From Amoebophrya sp. A120 (taxonomy: Eukaryota; Protista; Dinoflagellata): a stretch of DNA of 64,000 nt. Below are positions 14,001 to 25,329 of this stretch, piece by piece. The stretch's first letter is position 1, and each line of letters begins with the position of its first letter. The notes below the pieces were generated by a model. The model made no database searches. It worked only from the letters and a program-made list of their open reading frames with translations, and was not told the DNA's origin. Where the stretch lies: NCBI GenBank assembly GCA_905178155.1, contig CAJINV010000003.1:5857985-5921984 (forward strand), in the 5' to 3' direction. A program made the position numbers and the translations under genes.

Positions 14001-15127
14001 AGGTGGCGGATTTGCTTTTGAAGCCGTATTTTCCCGGTCTCGTGACGAAGCCGTTTTTCGGCTCGTTTTCGGCCATGGACGACCCGAATAGCACCCTGTA
14101 CTACCGCGTGTTTTTCCCACCGACCGTGAACCCGCTGGATCGGAAGTGGCGGCCCAAGATGCCGGTGGTGTGCTTCGTGTACGGCGGGCCGCACGTGCAG
14201 CTGTGCATCACCGGGTCTCGGTGGTCGGACCAGCACTTGTTTCTGCAATTTCTGCTGCAGCAAAACTACATCGTCTTCACGGTGGACAACCGCGGTAGCA
14301 GCGGCCGCGGGCTGTCCTTCGAGAGCAGCGTGTACCGCGACATGGGGAAGCGGGAAATTTTGGACCAAATCGCGGGGGTGCGGACGTTGTGCGAAAAGTA
14401 TCCGCATCTGGTCGACCCGGACCGCATCGCCATCTACGGCCATAGTTACGGGGGTTACATGGCCCTGCACTGTTTGTTCCGCAGCTACTACGTAATGTCG
14501 GACACCAGCAACAAGAGCCCTACTGCCGATCAGAATCTGCCACGTAATTGGAATTTTTACGCTTCCGAGGCTGGTGGTGAACAAGGAGCCGGCGGCGGCG
14601 CAAATGGCAGAGCATCAGCTAACGGCGCACACATTGGCCAGAAGAGCAGAGCAGACGTCGGCAGCTACACATACGAGGAAGCGCAAGACGTGGATGCTGC
14701 TTCGAAAGCTGTTTTTGCGAACCGGCGTCCGTTGTTCAAGTGTGCGGTGAGCGGCGCGCCTGTGACGACGTGGCGGCTGTATGACACACACTACACAGAG
14801 CGCTACATGGGGGTGCCAGACTTTACCAAGGACTACCCGGGGAGCGAAGGCACCAACTTCACGAACGAGGCAGGCTACGAAAGCTCCTCGGTAGTGCCCT
14901 ACGCCAAATTCTACGATGATAAAAGGTCAAAGCTACTCATTTACCACGGGATGGCGGACGACAACGTGCTGTTTCAAAATAGTACGAAACTGTACGGCGA
15001 GCTCTTCCAGCAGAAAAAACTGTTTCGAATGTGCGACTACCCGGGTGCCAAGCACTCCATGAACGGGGAGCACATCAAGAAACACTTGTACGAGATGATT
15101 TTCGATTTCCTACAGAAGGAGTTGTGA
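11063..15127 (+). CDS. Dipeptidyl peptidase IV (S9B), bacterial-type; exons 11063-11385, 11643-~12123/12144, ~12860/12863-15127
   Basis: NGMAEFVAQEEM (Glu-Glu motif), GYWWAPD, YGGPH, DNRGS.GRG, nucleophile GHSYGG, YDTHYTERYMG, HGMADDNV and YPGAKH complete the Ser-Asp-His triad. Intron 11386-11642 is GT-AG. Confidence 0.92.
12124..12862 (+). other. Long second intron of the DPP-IV gene, with MITE-like composition
   Basis: Interrupts the propeller domain. Two in-frame solutions exist: GT-AG 12124-12862, or 12145-12859 bounded by an imperfect IR CGGTTCTAA/TTGGTACCG. The interior is rich in homopolymer runs. Confidence 0.7.
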
Positions 15128-15847
15128 TGAACATGCGCAGAAGCAAAATTCCGAGAAATTGAGATAAGATGAAAGACTCATTGAGCAGCACGCAACTGAA
15201 GTTCAACACGGTATCCGCAGACAACTCATCCTCGTGGGCCTGATGTTTGCACCGGCAGCAGGACTGTCATTGAGCGGCGGCATTCTCTCTGTGTGTAGTG
15301 GACCGTAGGCGGTAGCCTGGAGATCCTGTTTCTTTTTCTTGCAATCAGGATGGACGATCATTTGACAGGCCTGCGATCGCAAAGATGAAATGACTATAGT
15401 GCGTCGCTGATCTGTTTCCTTTTCGAAGATCTTTCGCGCTCTGATTCCTTTGATATTCGAGAGACGACCCATTTTCGCTTTTCTTGTGCCTTGTTTTATG
15501 TCTACCTCTACTTCGCTGCAGACAAGATCAAAGAGTACAAGCGGCGCCCCTGCCACAGCCACATACACAGAAAAAAAGTCCGGCCCTGCGTATGTTAGAT
15601 CAATTTGTTCTTTGGTGGATTGTTGAGGTCGTCCAAGAATAAAGTTAAAGACAAAGAATGAAAATGTTCTGTCTGTGTAATAATGAAAAAGCAGAAAATT
15701 TTGCTTTCGATTTCATCGGCCCAAATACATACTGGGCTTAAAGATGTGCATCTCTCGCTAACGCCGCAATCTCACTCGCATTTGCAGGGCGACAGCATCG
15801 GTTTCTCGACCGAAAGTCGACGAAAATTGAGCGCAGCATCCACGAGG

Positions 15848-16692
15848 ATGGCTACCCCGATGGAGGAAGATCCGGCAGTACTGGTCCCGGACGGCGTGCC
15901 CGAAAATACGCAGCTGGAGAGCGCGCCGCCGTCGAACATCGACAAGTTTCTGAAAGCGTTCGAGAAATTGAATCCTGCGTTTGACCCGACCACCGCGCAG
16001 AGGCCGGTCGTGTGTTTTTTCGGCGACAGCGATATCAGCCACTGGAGAAATCAAATGCCAACAGACGGCGGCGCGAGCGCAAAACGAACGTTGGTAAATG
16101 TCGGGGTGGGTGGGGCAGAGATGCTGCACGTCGCGTATTACGCCGAGCGCTGCTTCGAGAAATACCGCCCCGACGTGGTTCTCCTGTGTGCTGGGGAAAA
16201 TGACATCGGAAGTGGTAAGTACTTGCTGTTGCCAGGATACGGCGCCAACTTTACTAGAATATTCCTTGACATCGGAATCAAGTACGCATGGAAAAAAGCG
16301 TCCTGTCGGTAGTTGCGCAACAACTTTGTTCCCTTAGACTTTGCACTTTGGAAAAACTCATGCAATTTTTTCCAGGTACATCATCAGCGTCGACTTTCAG
16401 CTATTTCCAGAAGGCGTATAGCTGTTTCCGCGCCAAAAGCGGCTCAAGTCTCCCGATCATCTACATGGGCACGAAGCCGGAGCCAGCAACGGAATCGCTA
16501 CGGAGCGAGTACCTTAGTTACGACGGTCTCATCAAAGAGCGCACAAATGCGGACGCAGCTTTCCACTTTGTGGACTCCTGGGATCTGCAGGACTATAAGT
16601 TTTACGATAAGGACGAACTGCATCTGAGCCCTGAGGGTTATGAAGTTTGGAATCGCCGCGTCTTGGCGATTTTAGATACTGGCTGCGATTGA
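15848..16692 (+). CDS. SGNH/GDSL hydrolase; exons 15848-16214, 16376-16692
   Basis: Block I FFGDS, block II NVGVGG, block III AGEND, block V DELHL. Intron 16215-16375 is GTAAGT...CAG. Confidence 0.88.
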
Positions 16693-16904
16693 TTAGCCGT
16701 GCGCAGGCGTAACTGTTAACAAACTGGCGACTGCATCGTCGCGAAGTTCTTGAGTGAGTAAATGCTGCAGGCTTTACCTTCCGAACATGAATTAGCTGTC
16801 GCTTGCTCGCGGCTTTCGGTTACCGGGGTTCTTCTGATGTGTTCCGTTGCGTTGACATTCCAATACTGCGAGTCGGCTATTGGATGCTATAGCTTCAGCA
16901 AAGT

Positions 16905-19015
16905 GTGGCTTTGAAGCTTCATCAATGGGCCAAATTTGTCGGACGGTTTAAGCTTGGCGAGGTGCCTCCAGGAGGATTCCCGGCCGTGGTTTTGCGGACC
17001 TGGAGGAGCAGCGTCGGGCCGTCTTGGCGGTCTTTACGGACCCGCCGAAGGCCTTCCCGTCCTTGTGCTGGGGGGCCGCCGCCGACATCGTTCGCCGCAT
17101 GGGAATCGAGGCGGCGCCGTGCCTCCGCTGCTTGCAGTCCGTCCGCTTCGCCCCGGCTGCGCCGAGCAACTGGCGTCGCCCTTTGGGCGGTGTATCTATT
17201 GCTCCGGCCCATGCGAAGGCCCACGGCCGCAGCCGTCTGGGCCCACCGGCACGCGCCCGCGGCCAGCACTTGCCGCCGTGGCGTTTTTTGTTGGGCCGCG
17301 GCGTAATGAGCTGAACCAGGGCAAGCGCGCCCCTTTTCTTGCCTACATTGGGAATATGCGCCAGCTGCAGGGGGGGCCTTGCAGCCCGCACCCAATCGGC
17401 TAAGCCCTGGCATGGAGATAAATTTTCCACGTTTCAGATCTCGACCAGAACGGACAGGCCCCGATGCCGGAGAGCCAGCTCGGACAGCGCGCCGGCGTCG
17501 ACCAGGAGCAGCAGTGGGGACAATACATCGGCGTCGGGGTTGCGTCAGCGAAAGCCGCCGGACCGCCGCAGTCTGCACCCCTGCAGCCCGCGCCCCCCGG
17601 GCTGCCCCCGAAGATTGCTGCAAAGCAGGCCACTGGGCAACAGTTCAATACGGCGCCCGTGCGAAACATGGGCGCGCTCGGTGTGTCTTTTGGGCAGTCG
17701 TTCGCCGTGGCAAGTCCGGGCGTCGGACGGCCGGCCGCTTCGCTCAGCGCAACGCTCGGACAACAGGCCGCCGCGCAGGTTCCAAAGCCCCCGGCGTTCG
17801 GGCTCCCGTTTGGCGCGCCCGCGCAAGCTTCCGGCGGAGGGGGCGGCGCCGTGCGCGCGTTGCACCCACTCCCGGCAAATGTTCCAAGCGGGCCACTTTG
17901 CAGGGCTGCACCGCGCCAAGCCAGCCTCCTCCTCAGGCGTGTGCCCCGGGCCGTTCCGCCAAGCGCTTGCAAGGAGTGGCGTGCCGTTTGGATGCGGGCA
18001 GCTTTGCCGGGCTTTCCAGTGACCCGGGGCCGAGTCCTGCGCAGCCCGCCGCGAAGCGGCAGGCGCTGAAGGCCGAAGGCAATCGCCCCGCCGCCTTTCT
18101 GAAGACGCGCCCGGCGGGGCTGGTGTGGTGCCGAGATGGCGCGCAAGAAACGTCGGCCATGGAGGTGGTGGCCATCTGGCGGAGCATTTGCGAGGGCGTT
18201 GGGCGAGCTGCGCCTGAAGACTCTCGCAGAGAGACCAACTCTCGTGAATAATGCGCAAACGCGTGGCGCAGGGGCAGGCGTGGCGTGATGCGATCATGGA
18301 GAGTGTCGAAAACTACAGCAAAGCGACTTCCGCGGCGGAGCCTTCGGCGATGTCGAAGCCCCCGCTTGCTTTTGGCTCTCTGAGAGCCATCCGGTGCAGC
18401 AAAGCGCCACCCGACGAGCAGGCGAAGGACGTACTCGGCGGGCGGAACAGCTTGAAGGAATTGCCTCGCCGGTAATTTTTCGCCGAAACAAATCGCGAAA
18501 AGGGCCCCCCGGAAAGGGGGCCGCGCCTGCCCAGGGCCCGCCGCCCGCGCGCGGGCGTTTGCATCGTTTGGGCGGCAGGCGTCCGCGCCTCCGCGCCCAG
18601 GCACTGCCTGCGGATTGAAATTGGTGAGAGTTGTTGTCGCGCTTGCCTGGCCGGGGTGCCGGGCCAAGTGCAAGGCGCCCCCTTCCAACCTCTCGGTGCC
18701 GCGCGCCCACGCGCCCTCGTATTTGTTGTGCCAGGCGCGACACTGGCGCGAGGGCCCATTGTGGGATCGCCGTTTTTTGCCGCTTTCTACGTACTAACCA
18801 TGGGCGCCAGCGCCATGCTGACAAGCGGCATGGATATGCATGCCTTGCGCGCTGCGCCGGGGTCTGGCGCTGGGGTGGACCTTTCAGCTGTGTGCATCTG
18901 CTTGCCTCTACGCAGCTTCGCCTTCATGGCCAAAATTTCTACTAGGCCGCCGGTCGGCCTAGAAGCCTGTTCGTTTGAAACAAAGCTCCCGCCTCGTCTG
19001 CAATTCTTCGTGTAG
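16905..19015. pseudogene. Very GC-rich degenerate segment (decayed transposon or pseudogene)
   Basis: Abrupt rise in GC. Overlapping ORFs in all frames. Protein-like pieces (17464-17850, 18020-18475) are broken by stops and frame changes, with no recognisable domain. Confidence 0.35.
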
Positions 19016-19410
19016 ATCTCCACTTGACTTCCGCACTACAATCGTGCCTCTACTGACCACAATTACCAGGACACACTTCTTAGCAGTATCTAAGACCTAT
19101 GAATTTATGTCGCTCGTTGAGATTTCTGGCTCGTCATTCGATGTTGCACATACCTTACAAACGGCTTCGACTGCTTCTAAAGTTTTTGATATTTTTTCTA
19201 TGATTTAGAATTTGTCACGCTCACCACGAACAAGGCCAGACTGCGATTGGCGCCGGTAGCTTGGATATCATGAAGCAGCTATTCTATTGCACGACACGCC
19301 TGGCCTTTCTTTTGCCATCATGGTGGCTGTATTGTTCGACATTACTTCCAGTCCTCGAAAATGTCAACGAGAACACTTCGGCAAGGACCCAGGCGTTTTT
19401 TTGCAATGCG

Positions 19411-20328
19411 ATGCAAATCTATCCCACTTGTTCCGGCAGCGCTCCCCGTCCTCGCGGCACTCGCCAGCTTTCGGCGCCCACCGACGAAGATATCGCAGCA
19501 ACGTCGGGCCGCCGCCAGCCTGTCAAATCGCACCAGATGAATACAGTGGAACCAGCGAACTCGCACGAGCACGTGGGCCTCCAGCAAGACACTTTTGAAG
19601 TCGTGCGCGACCTACTCCTCCCGTTCCTGGATGGCAAGCGCATTCCCGCTGCAGCAGCGATCAATTGGAAGGTGGATGCTCGCTCCGGAATCGACATCGG
19701 TCGGCTCGTGCCGCCGGAAGATCCGATAAACGTCGTGAAGATGATGTCCACGTTTGCAAATCACTACGACTGCGGGAAGATCCGCACCGCCCCGCGGAGT
19801 CGCACACTTCTAACGGAGGGTAAAGACTACAGCAAAAATCCAAGCCGCATGCTTCTTGAGTCACGCGCTTTGATGGCGAACGTAGAAGACCGCCTTCTAC
19901 GAGTGCACTCTGCTGAGGACACCATTGCGATCCCGGTGAAGGAGATTGTTTTGGTTATAGGTTCAGGGGAGCTGCTGGAGCCTCCGCGTCCGTCGGGGTC
20001 AGAAGAGAGTGGAGCTGTTCCACAAATTCATGCGGCCAAGCGTTCTGCCCATGATCGGGGCAAAAAAATACAAGAAAGAGAGGCTTTGGCACTCTCAACA
20101 GAGGAGCACTATACTCGTTCCGGTGGGCAGGAAGTCCAAGTTGTCTACCGAGGAGTTGATATACTTCTGCAAGACGGATCGTCTGTCCATTTTGACGTTC
20201 ACAGTGCCCTGGATTCGCCGTTTGGATGGCAAGCTTTGCGTCCGTGTCCGTACACACCGATGGTGTTTCCGCTTGCGGGTGCTGAGGAAAGACGTTGCGG
20301 TGCCCAAATGTGGGTCAACTTTTCGTAA
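19411..20328 (+). CDS. Hypothetical protein
   Basis: 355-codon ORF (19261-20328) with a globular-looking central part. No motif recognised; start uncertain. Confidence 0.5.
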   Translation: MQIYPTCSGSAPRPRGTRQLSAPTDEDIAATSGRRQPVKSHQMNTVEPANSHEHVGLQQDTFEVVRDLLLPFLDGKRIPAAAAINWKVDARSGIDIGRLVPPEDPINVVKMMSTFANHYDCGKIRTAPRSRTLLTEGKDYSKNPSRMLLESRALMANVEDRLLRVHSAEDTIAIPVKEIVLVIGSGELLEPPRPSGSEESGAVPQIHAAKRSAHDRGKKIQEREALALSTEEHYTRSGGQEVQVVYRGVDILLQDGSSVHFDVHSALDSPFGWQALRPCPYTPMVFPLAGAEERRCGAQMWVNFS

Positions 20329-21500
20329 AAACAGAACGCGGGCCTTCATTTTCCAGAGGATTACGGTCGTGGAAGCCGAAGCTATGGTAGGAGCATGAAA
20401 CAAGTAGCCGCTCGCGGGTGGGTCCCGCTCCCGATTCGTGGTCCCGCGCAGATGCCTCCTGTTTTTTTTTCATAGATGTGCGCTAAATAAGTTTTCAATC
20501 ATGGCATGGGTTTTTCTACAGGAACAAGGCACCGCGAATGCGGTCGTTACTTGAATCCCATACGACATACTTACGCGACTGGTTCTACATGTGATCAGGC
20601 TGGATTTTCTGCTCTCACTAGACACCGACCGATTAAGATTCCGGAGAGCCGCCTCGTCAAAACCGTACTTGTGTCTACCAGTGGACAAACTTTTACTAAA
20701 CCATTTCTTTTGCCAACACTTTTTCGACTGCAAAACGACCCCGTCACCCTAGTACCGCGAGCGATTTGCGCTGACTCAAGCAACATACTGTGGATCAGAT
20801 CAATTATGGAGTTGTGCTAACTCTGACATGAATAGTTGTAAGTAGTTGCAACCGTCAACCTGTATCTGTAAGCGAAACGCATTGCGAATCACGCGGGCTG
20901 CAGCGGCAGCAAAAGCTTGCAAATGCAGCTTCTCGATTGTGAGTTCTATATTCGCTCCCGCGTCCCACGCCTCCGCGTCTCAAAAGCGTAAGCTTGATAT
21001 GCAAGAAGATGGGGTTTGTCTTTGTGCTTTCGTCGTGTAGCAAATTTGCATCTAGTTTCACGTCCATAGCACCTGTACTCGTGTTGAATCAGGGGCGTCT
21101 GAGTATGTGGGGTAGAAAACTTCGTCTTTCCAAAGAGGTTCGCCAGGATCATCGTGCTCTTGTTCGGGGGATCTACTTCGTCCACAGCATTTAAGAAAGT
21201 TGCACTGCACTTAGCTGAGGTGGTACACGTAGACGAGAGCGCTATAGTAGAAAACCTCTGAACATGAACTACTTCATATGAGTTTTTGCTTCCCGAATCA
21301 ATGGCTCTGAAACTGATAGCAACTGAGCTCTTTTATCGAGGGCCTACTTGCGACGTGAAGGCACCACGCAAGTTCAGTTTTAGTAGACAGGCATTTTTGA
21401 AGCTGAACGAAGTGCTGGGCAAAACGTTTTGATCGCATTTCTACTGGAGGTGAAGAAGTTGGGCAGTATCTTCAAAGCTAACGCTCGCAATTTGCTAACC

Positions 21501-22736
21501 ATGAAGACGACCAGCATATTTATCCGACGCCGGAATATCGCGTCTGAATCTCGCGGGAAGTGGATCGGGTTATTTCGTGTTCCTGATAGTATCCACTACG
21601 TAAACGCCCCGAGGAGCATGGTGCCACAGCAGATGCCAAGCCAGCCATCCAGTTCTTCATCCGTGATCTTCACAACGAAGCGAGCCGTAGGAACGGGCCG
21701 CTCTCTACCGAAGTTCGGCATTGCACGGGAGCGCGTCGCAAGTGGCGATGCAGCCTTGCTCGCATCGGAACTTGAACAACTTGAGTCCGGGATTCATCGA
21801 CTTGCCGCACAGAAGCCCTTCACGGCGCGATGTCTTTTGACGGAACTGAAAAAAGTTCTAGAGCAGGACGGAGCCACGTCTTCGACTGCGACTTCGTCCC
21901 AAGCATCTGCTTCAAGTGGAGCAGCCACTGCGCCCGCCGACGGAGAGGCGGCCACGACCGGTACTAGTGCAGCTTCTGCAATGCGGTCCCGGAATAAACA
22001 AACAAAAACATCAACTCCCCCACGGACCATTATACGGCTGGACTCACAGGTGGGCGCGGAGCAGGGTCGCCCCGTGGTAGCGGCGCACGCGCGCCCGGGG
22101 AAAACGTTAACATTTGCCTACCTGTCGGACAAAGACAAGGCGCGAGTCCTGCAACTCACGGAGGCGGAAGGGGCCGCGGAGGTCGCAAGCCAAGCCACGG
22201 GGAAAACCGCGTTTTTCGCTACGTTGACCAGCGAGCAGAAGTACAAGGGCTTGCTGGAATGGCAACAGGAACGCGACCAGCAAGGCGAGGCGGGAACGGG
22301 CGGGGCCGACGACGGTAGCGCGCGGTCCGACGACGCGATCCCCGTGGCGGAATTGCGCAAGCTGTTTCTTTCCAACGCCGCACCCATGATCGGCTTTGGT
22401 TTTGCGGACAACTTTCTCATGATTCTGTTCGGGTCCAGCATCGAGGCCCAGTTCGGGATGTACGTGAGTACGATGGCGGCCGCGGGTTTGGGCAATCTGT
22501 GCAGCAACCTCGTTGGCATGTCGCTCGCGGAAAATATCGAGTACGCGTCGAGCCGGTTGGGCATCGCGCAGCCGCGTTTGACGCACAAACAACGGCAGAC
22601 ACACACTGCTCGATTCTGCATCTCCATGGGCACAATGACGGGAATTACCATTGGGTGCTTGCTCGGCCTCGCTCCATTATGGTTCTTCGACGAAAACAAC
22701 GAGGAAAGCCAAGAGGTGGACACTTCCACGAAATAG
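21501..22736 (+). CDS. TMEM65: TMEM65-family mitochondrial inner-membrane protein with long N-terminal extension
   Basis: PMIGFGFADNFLMILFG..IE...STMAAAGLGN..S...G and GITIGCLLGLAPL match the TMEM65 signature. Start is 21501 or 21618. Confidence 0.85.
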   Translation: MKTTSIFIRRRNIASESRGKWIGLFRVPDSIHYVNAPRSMVPQQMPSQPSSSSSVIFTTKRAVGTGRSLPKFGIARERVASGDAALLASELEQLESGIHRLAAQKPFTARCLLTELKKVLEQDGATSSTATSSQASASSGAATAPADGEAATTGTSAASAMRSRNKQTKTSTPPRTIIRLDSQVGAEQGRPVVAAHARPGKTLTFAYLSDKDKARVLQLTEAEGAAEVASQATGKTAFFATLTSEQKYKGLLEWQQERDQQGEAGTGGADDGSARSDDAIPVAELRKLFLSNAAPMIGFGFADNFLMILFGSSIEAQFGMYVSTMAAAGLGNLCSNLVGMSLAENIEYASSRLGIAQPRLTHKQRQTHTARFCISMGTMTGITIGCLLGLAPLWFFDENNEESQEVDTSTK

Positions 22737-23724
22737 AAATGCAAAATGAAAATAGCAAATGAACTCGCGAGAGAACGATTCTTGATTAGCACGAAAAAGA
22801 ATACACCCGAAGAATCTTAAAAACAAAAACAGGGATTCTACCACACAGATGAGATATATACCCAACTCCTGATGGAAACAGGGAGGGTCGACGGACGATA
22901 CAGATCATCATGAGGACGAGGATGATCACGATAAATGAATCGCCAACACACACACAAACTAAAGAAATCCAAAATGAATTTTATCGAATTATTGGATTGT
23001 TCTCGTTTTCAGAAAAAATTCCGTATCTTTCGGATTTTCTTTCTTTCTTTCTTGTCATGTCTGGGCATGACTCAAATTGTCGTTTTGGCCCGGTCCGAGA
23101 TTGTCTTTCCTCGTTCTCATCATCATGTTGTAGTTCCCTCAAAAGATCAAGATAAGGATAAAGGTAAAGAAGTAGAGAAGTGATATTCGAAATTTGGATT
23201 CTTTCTTTCTTTCTGGTCATTCTTTCTTTCTGGTCATGTCTGGCTATGACTAAAATTGTTTCATAATTGTCTCATAAATCCGGTCTGAGATTGTTCATTT
23301 AAAAGATAAAATTCTCGCAAAAGATAAAACTCGGATTTGGATCCATCATTGCCCATGATCCAATGAAACATTTCTGATATTCAATTATCAATGAAATTCA
23401 TCAGATTTCCGGTTATATTTTAATTTTCTAGATCGCATTTTTTTTGTATTATCATTCATATGATATAAATTGGCATCGAAATTCATATGAAATTTATCTA
23501 TCATCGATCGATTCCATCGATATATCAGATCGATTTTCGGGATTCATATAAAAAGAAAAGAAAATAATTTAGGATATCATTTATTAAGAATATGATCGAC
23601 AAGATAAAAGAGAACAAAAATCATATGCCATCATATTCATCATAGATATCATAATCATATATTTGTGTCAATATGAACATCGATATCGATGCAGTTCATC
23701 AAATCTATATTTCCTTATCCAATT

Positions 23725-24734
23725 CAGCCGGCCGATGGGTCGCAAATTTGCCGCCTAAAAGGTTGCCGATTTTTTTCTAATATTGTGGGGTCCACATTGT
23801 CCCGGCTTGGGGCCCCCGTTGTTTCTTTTCGTCGTGGTCCCGTGAGTCTGGGGCCCCAAGGGTTCCGGAGGTAGTCCGGGCAAGGGTTTTTCCGCCGGTA
23901 GTTTTGGCAGGTTAGTTTTGGAAACTGTGGCGCCGGGCATTTGTGTTTTTAAATTTTTTTGCCGAAGATTGCCCGCCCCGTTGTCATCTGCAGGGTGCAT
24001 GGTACATCGGGGAGGGTGCATGGTACATCGGGGTCCGGGGCTTCCAAGGTTTGCGCCCCTGCGATGTTTTTGCCCCAGAGGGAAGACAACGCGATTGTTT
24101 TCCATTTGTCTCGGGCCGCATATTAATGGCCCCGGCCCGCCCGGCCGAGGTTCATGAGGGGCGCAGAAGTGGGGTTGGGGGGGTCTAATTTGGGGTTTAA
24201 TTTCGCGTCTAATTTGCTTCTAATTCCACCATAGGGAATGTGGAAGGGTTTGCAATGAAAAAAATTAGCCGCGATTTAGCAAGGAACTTAGGCGCGAAAT
24301 TAGTCGCCTGCCTTTCTTAGCATCGATTTAGGCAAGGAATTCGCCGGAGGCAAGAGGCGTCCCACCCAGTCTTTTCCCGGCTAGGCGGCTGCTGTTGATC
24401 ATTTCGCCAGGCGGTTTCCCGGTTTTTTGTTTGGAAGAATTGCCGCCCCCCCTGATCTGGCACATCGCGCGCCTGGCCTCGCCTCGGGGCCGCCTCCCTT
24501 CTGGGTCATTTTCTCTCTGGATGGGAAGAGCCCCAATGCGCTAGGTATTTGGCCGTGAAATTCTCGGCCCCATTCGTTTTTGGTGTCCCGCCCCACGTGA
24601 TTTTTGCCCGGCGGCCTTCGGATTGGGTGTTGTCTTTGGCGGCATTGCCACCACTTTCTTTTTTTTGTTTTCCTTCGCAACATTAGAAAAAATATAGCAA
24701 GTTTTACGCCTTGGAGAATGCCCGGGGCCGGCTG
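23725..24734. mobile_element. ~1-kb GC-richer MITE-like insertion inside the AT-rich island
   Basis: Bounded by a 9-bp IR, CAGCCGGCC (23725-33) / GGCCGGCTG (24726-34), coinciding with the compositional edges. No clear TSD. Confidence 0.55.
23992..24033 (+). repeat. Perfect 21-bp tandem duplication AGGGTGCATGGTACATCGGGG x2
   Basis: Seen directly. Confidence 0.9.
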
Positions 24735-25329
24735 CCTGATCCAATCATCGATATCGATGGATTTCATCAAGATATTTTCCCTCTTCATGGAAATATTTTT
24801 TTTTTCTGAAAAATTTTGAACTAAAATGATAATGACAATTCGGATAAATATCAATCCAGACCCATATCAACTTCAAAAATATTATGAAACTCGGGAAAAC
24901 AAATAATTCGAATCATTTTTGATATAGGATCTCAATTGAGGAAAGATTCACACAGAAAAATTTTGGAGACAAATCAATGATATTGCAAATTCAGATATCA
25001 ATCCAGATCCATATCAATCTCCAAATTATTAGGACAATCGGGATTGGAAAAAATATTTCAAAATCAAATCATTTTTGATATGAGATGATCCTGAAAAAAA
25101 CATTCACCTACCGATGATTCTTGTCTCTTTCATCGATCTTGTTCTGGATTCTGATAAAATCTTCGGTGATGTTTATGTTTCAGATCTATCAAATATGTTG
25201 CTTCATGTGCTACAAAGGAAATCGAAATATTTCATTGGATTTTCATCATTTCGCGTTCGTGGGATGTTCATCTGTGTTTTTTTTTTTGGAAAGTCGCGCT
25301 GTAATGTCTCAGTGTCACCCATTAAACAA

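Noticed and set aside
13418-14584. 388-aa antisense ORF
   Set aside because: Shadow of the GC-rich DPP-IV coding strand.
20326-20475. Open frame continuing 48 codons past the TAA (possible readthrough)
   Set aside because: The length is compatible with chance, and other genes here use TAA as a normal stop.
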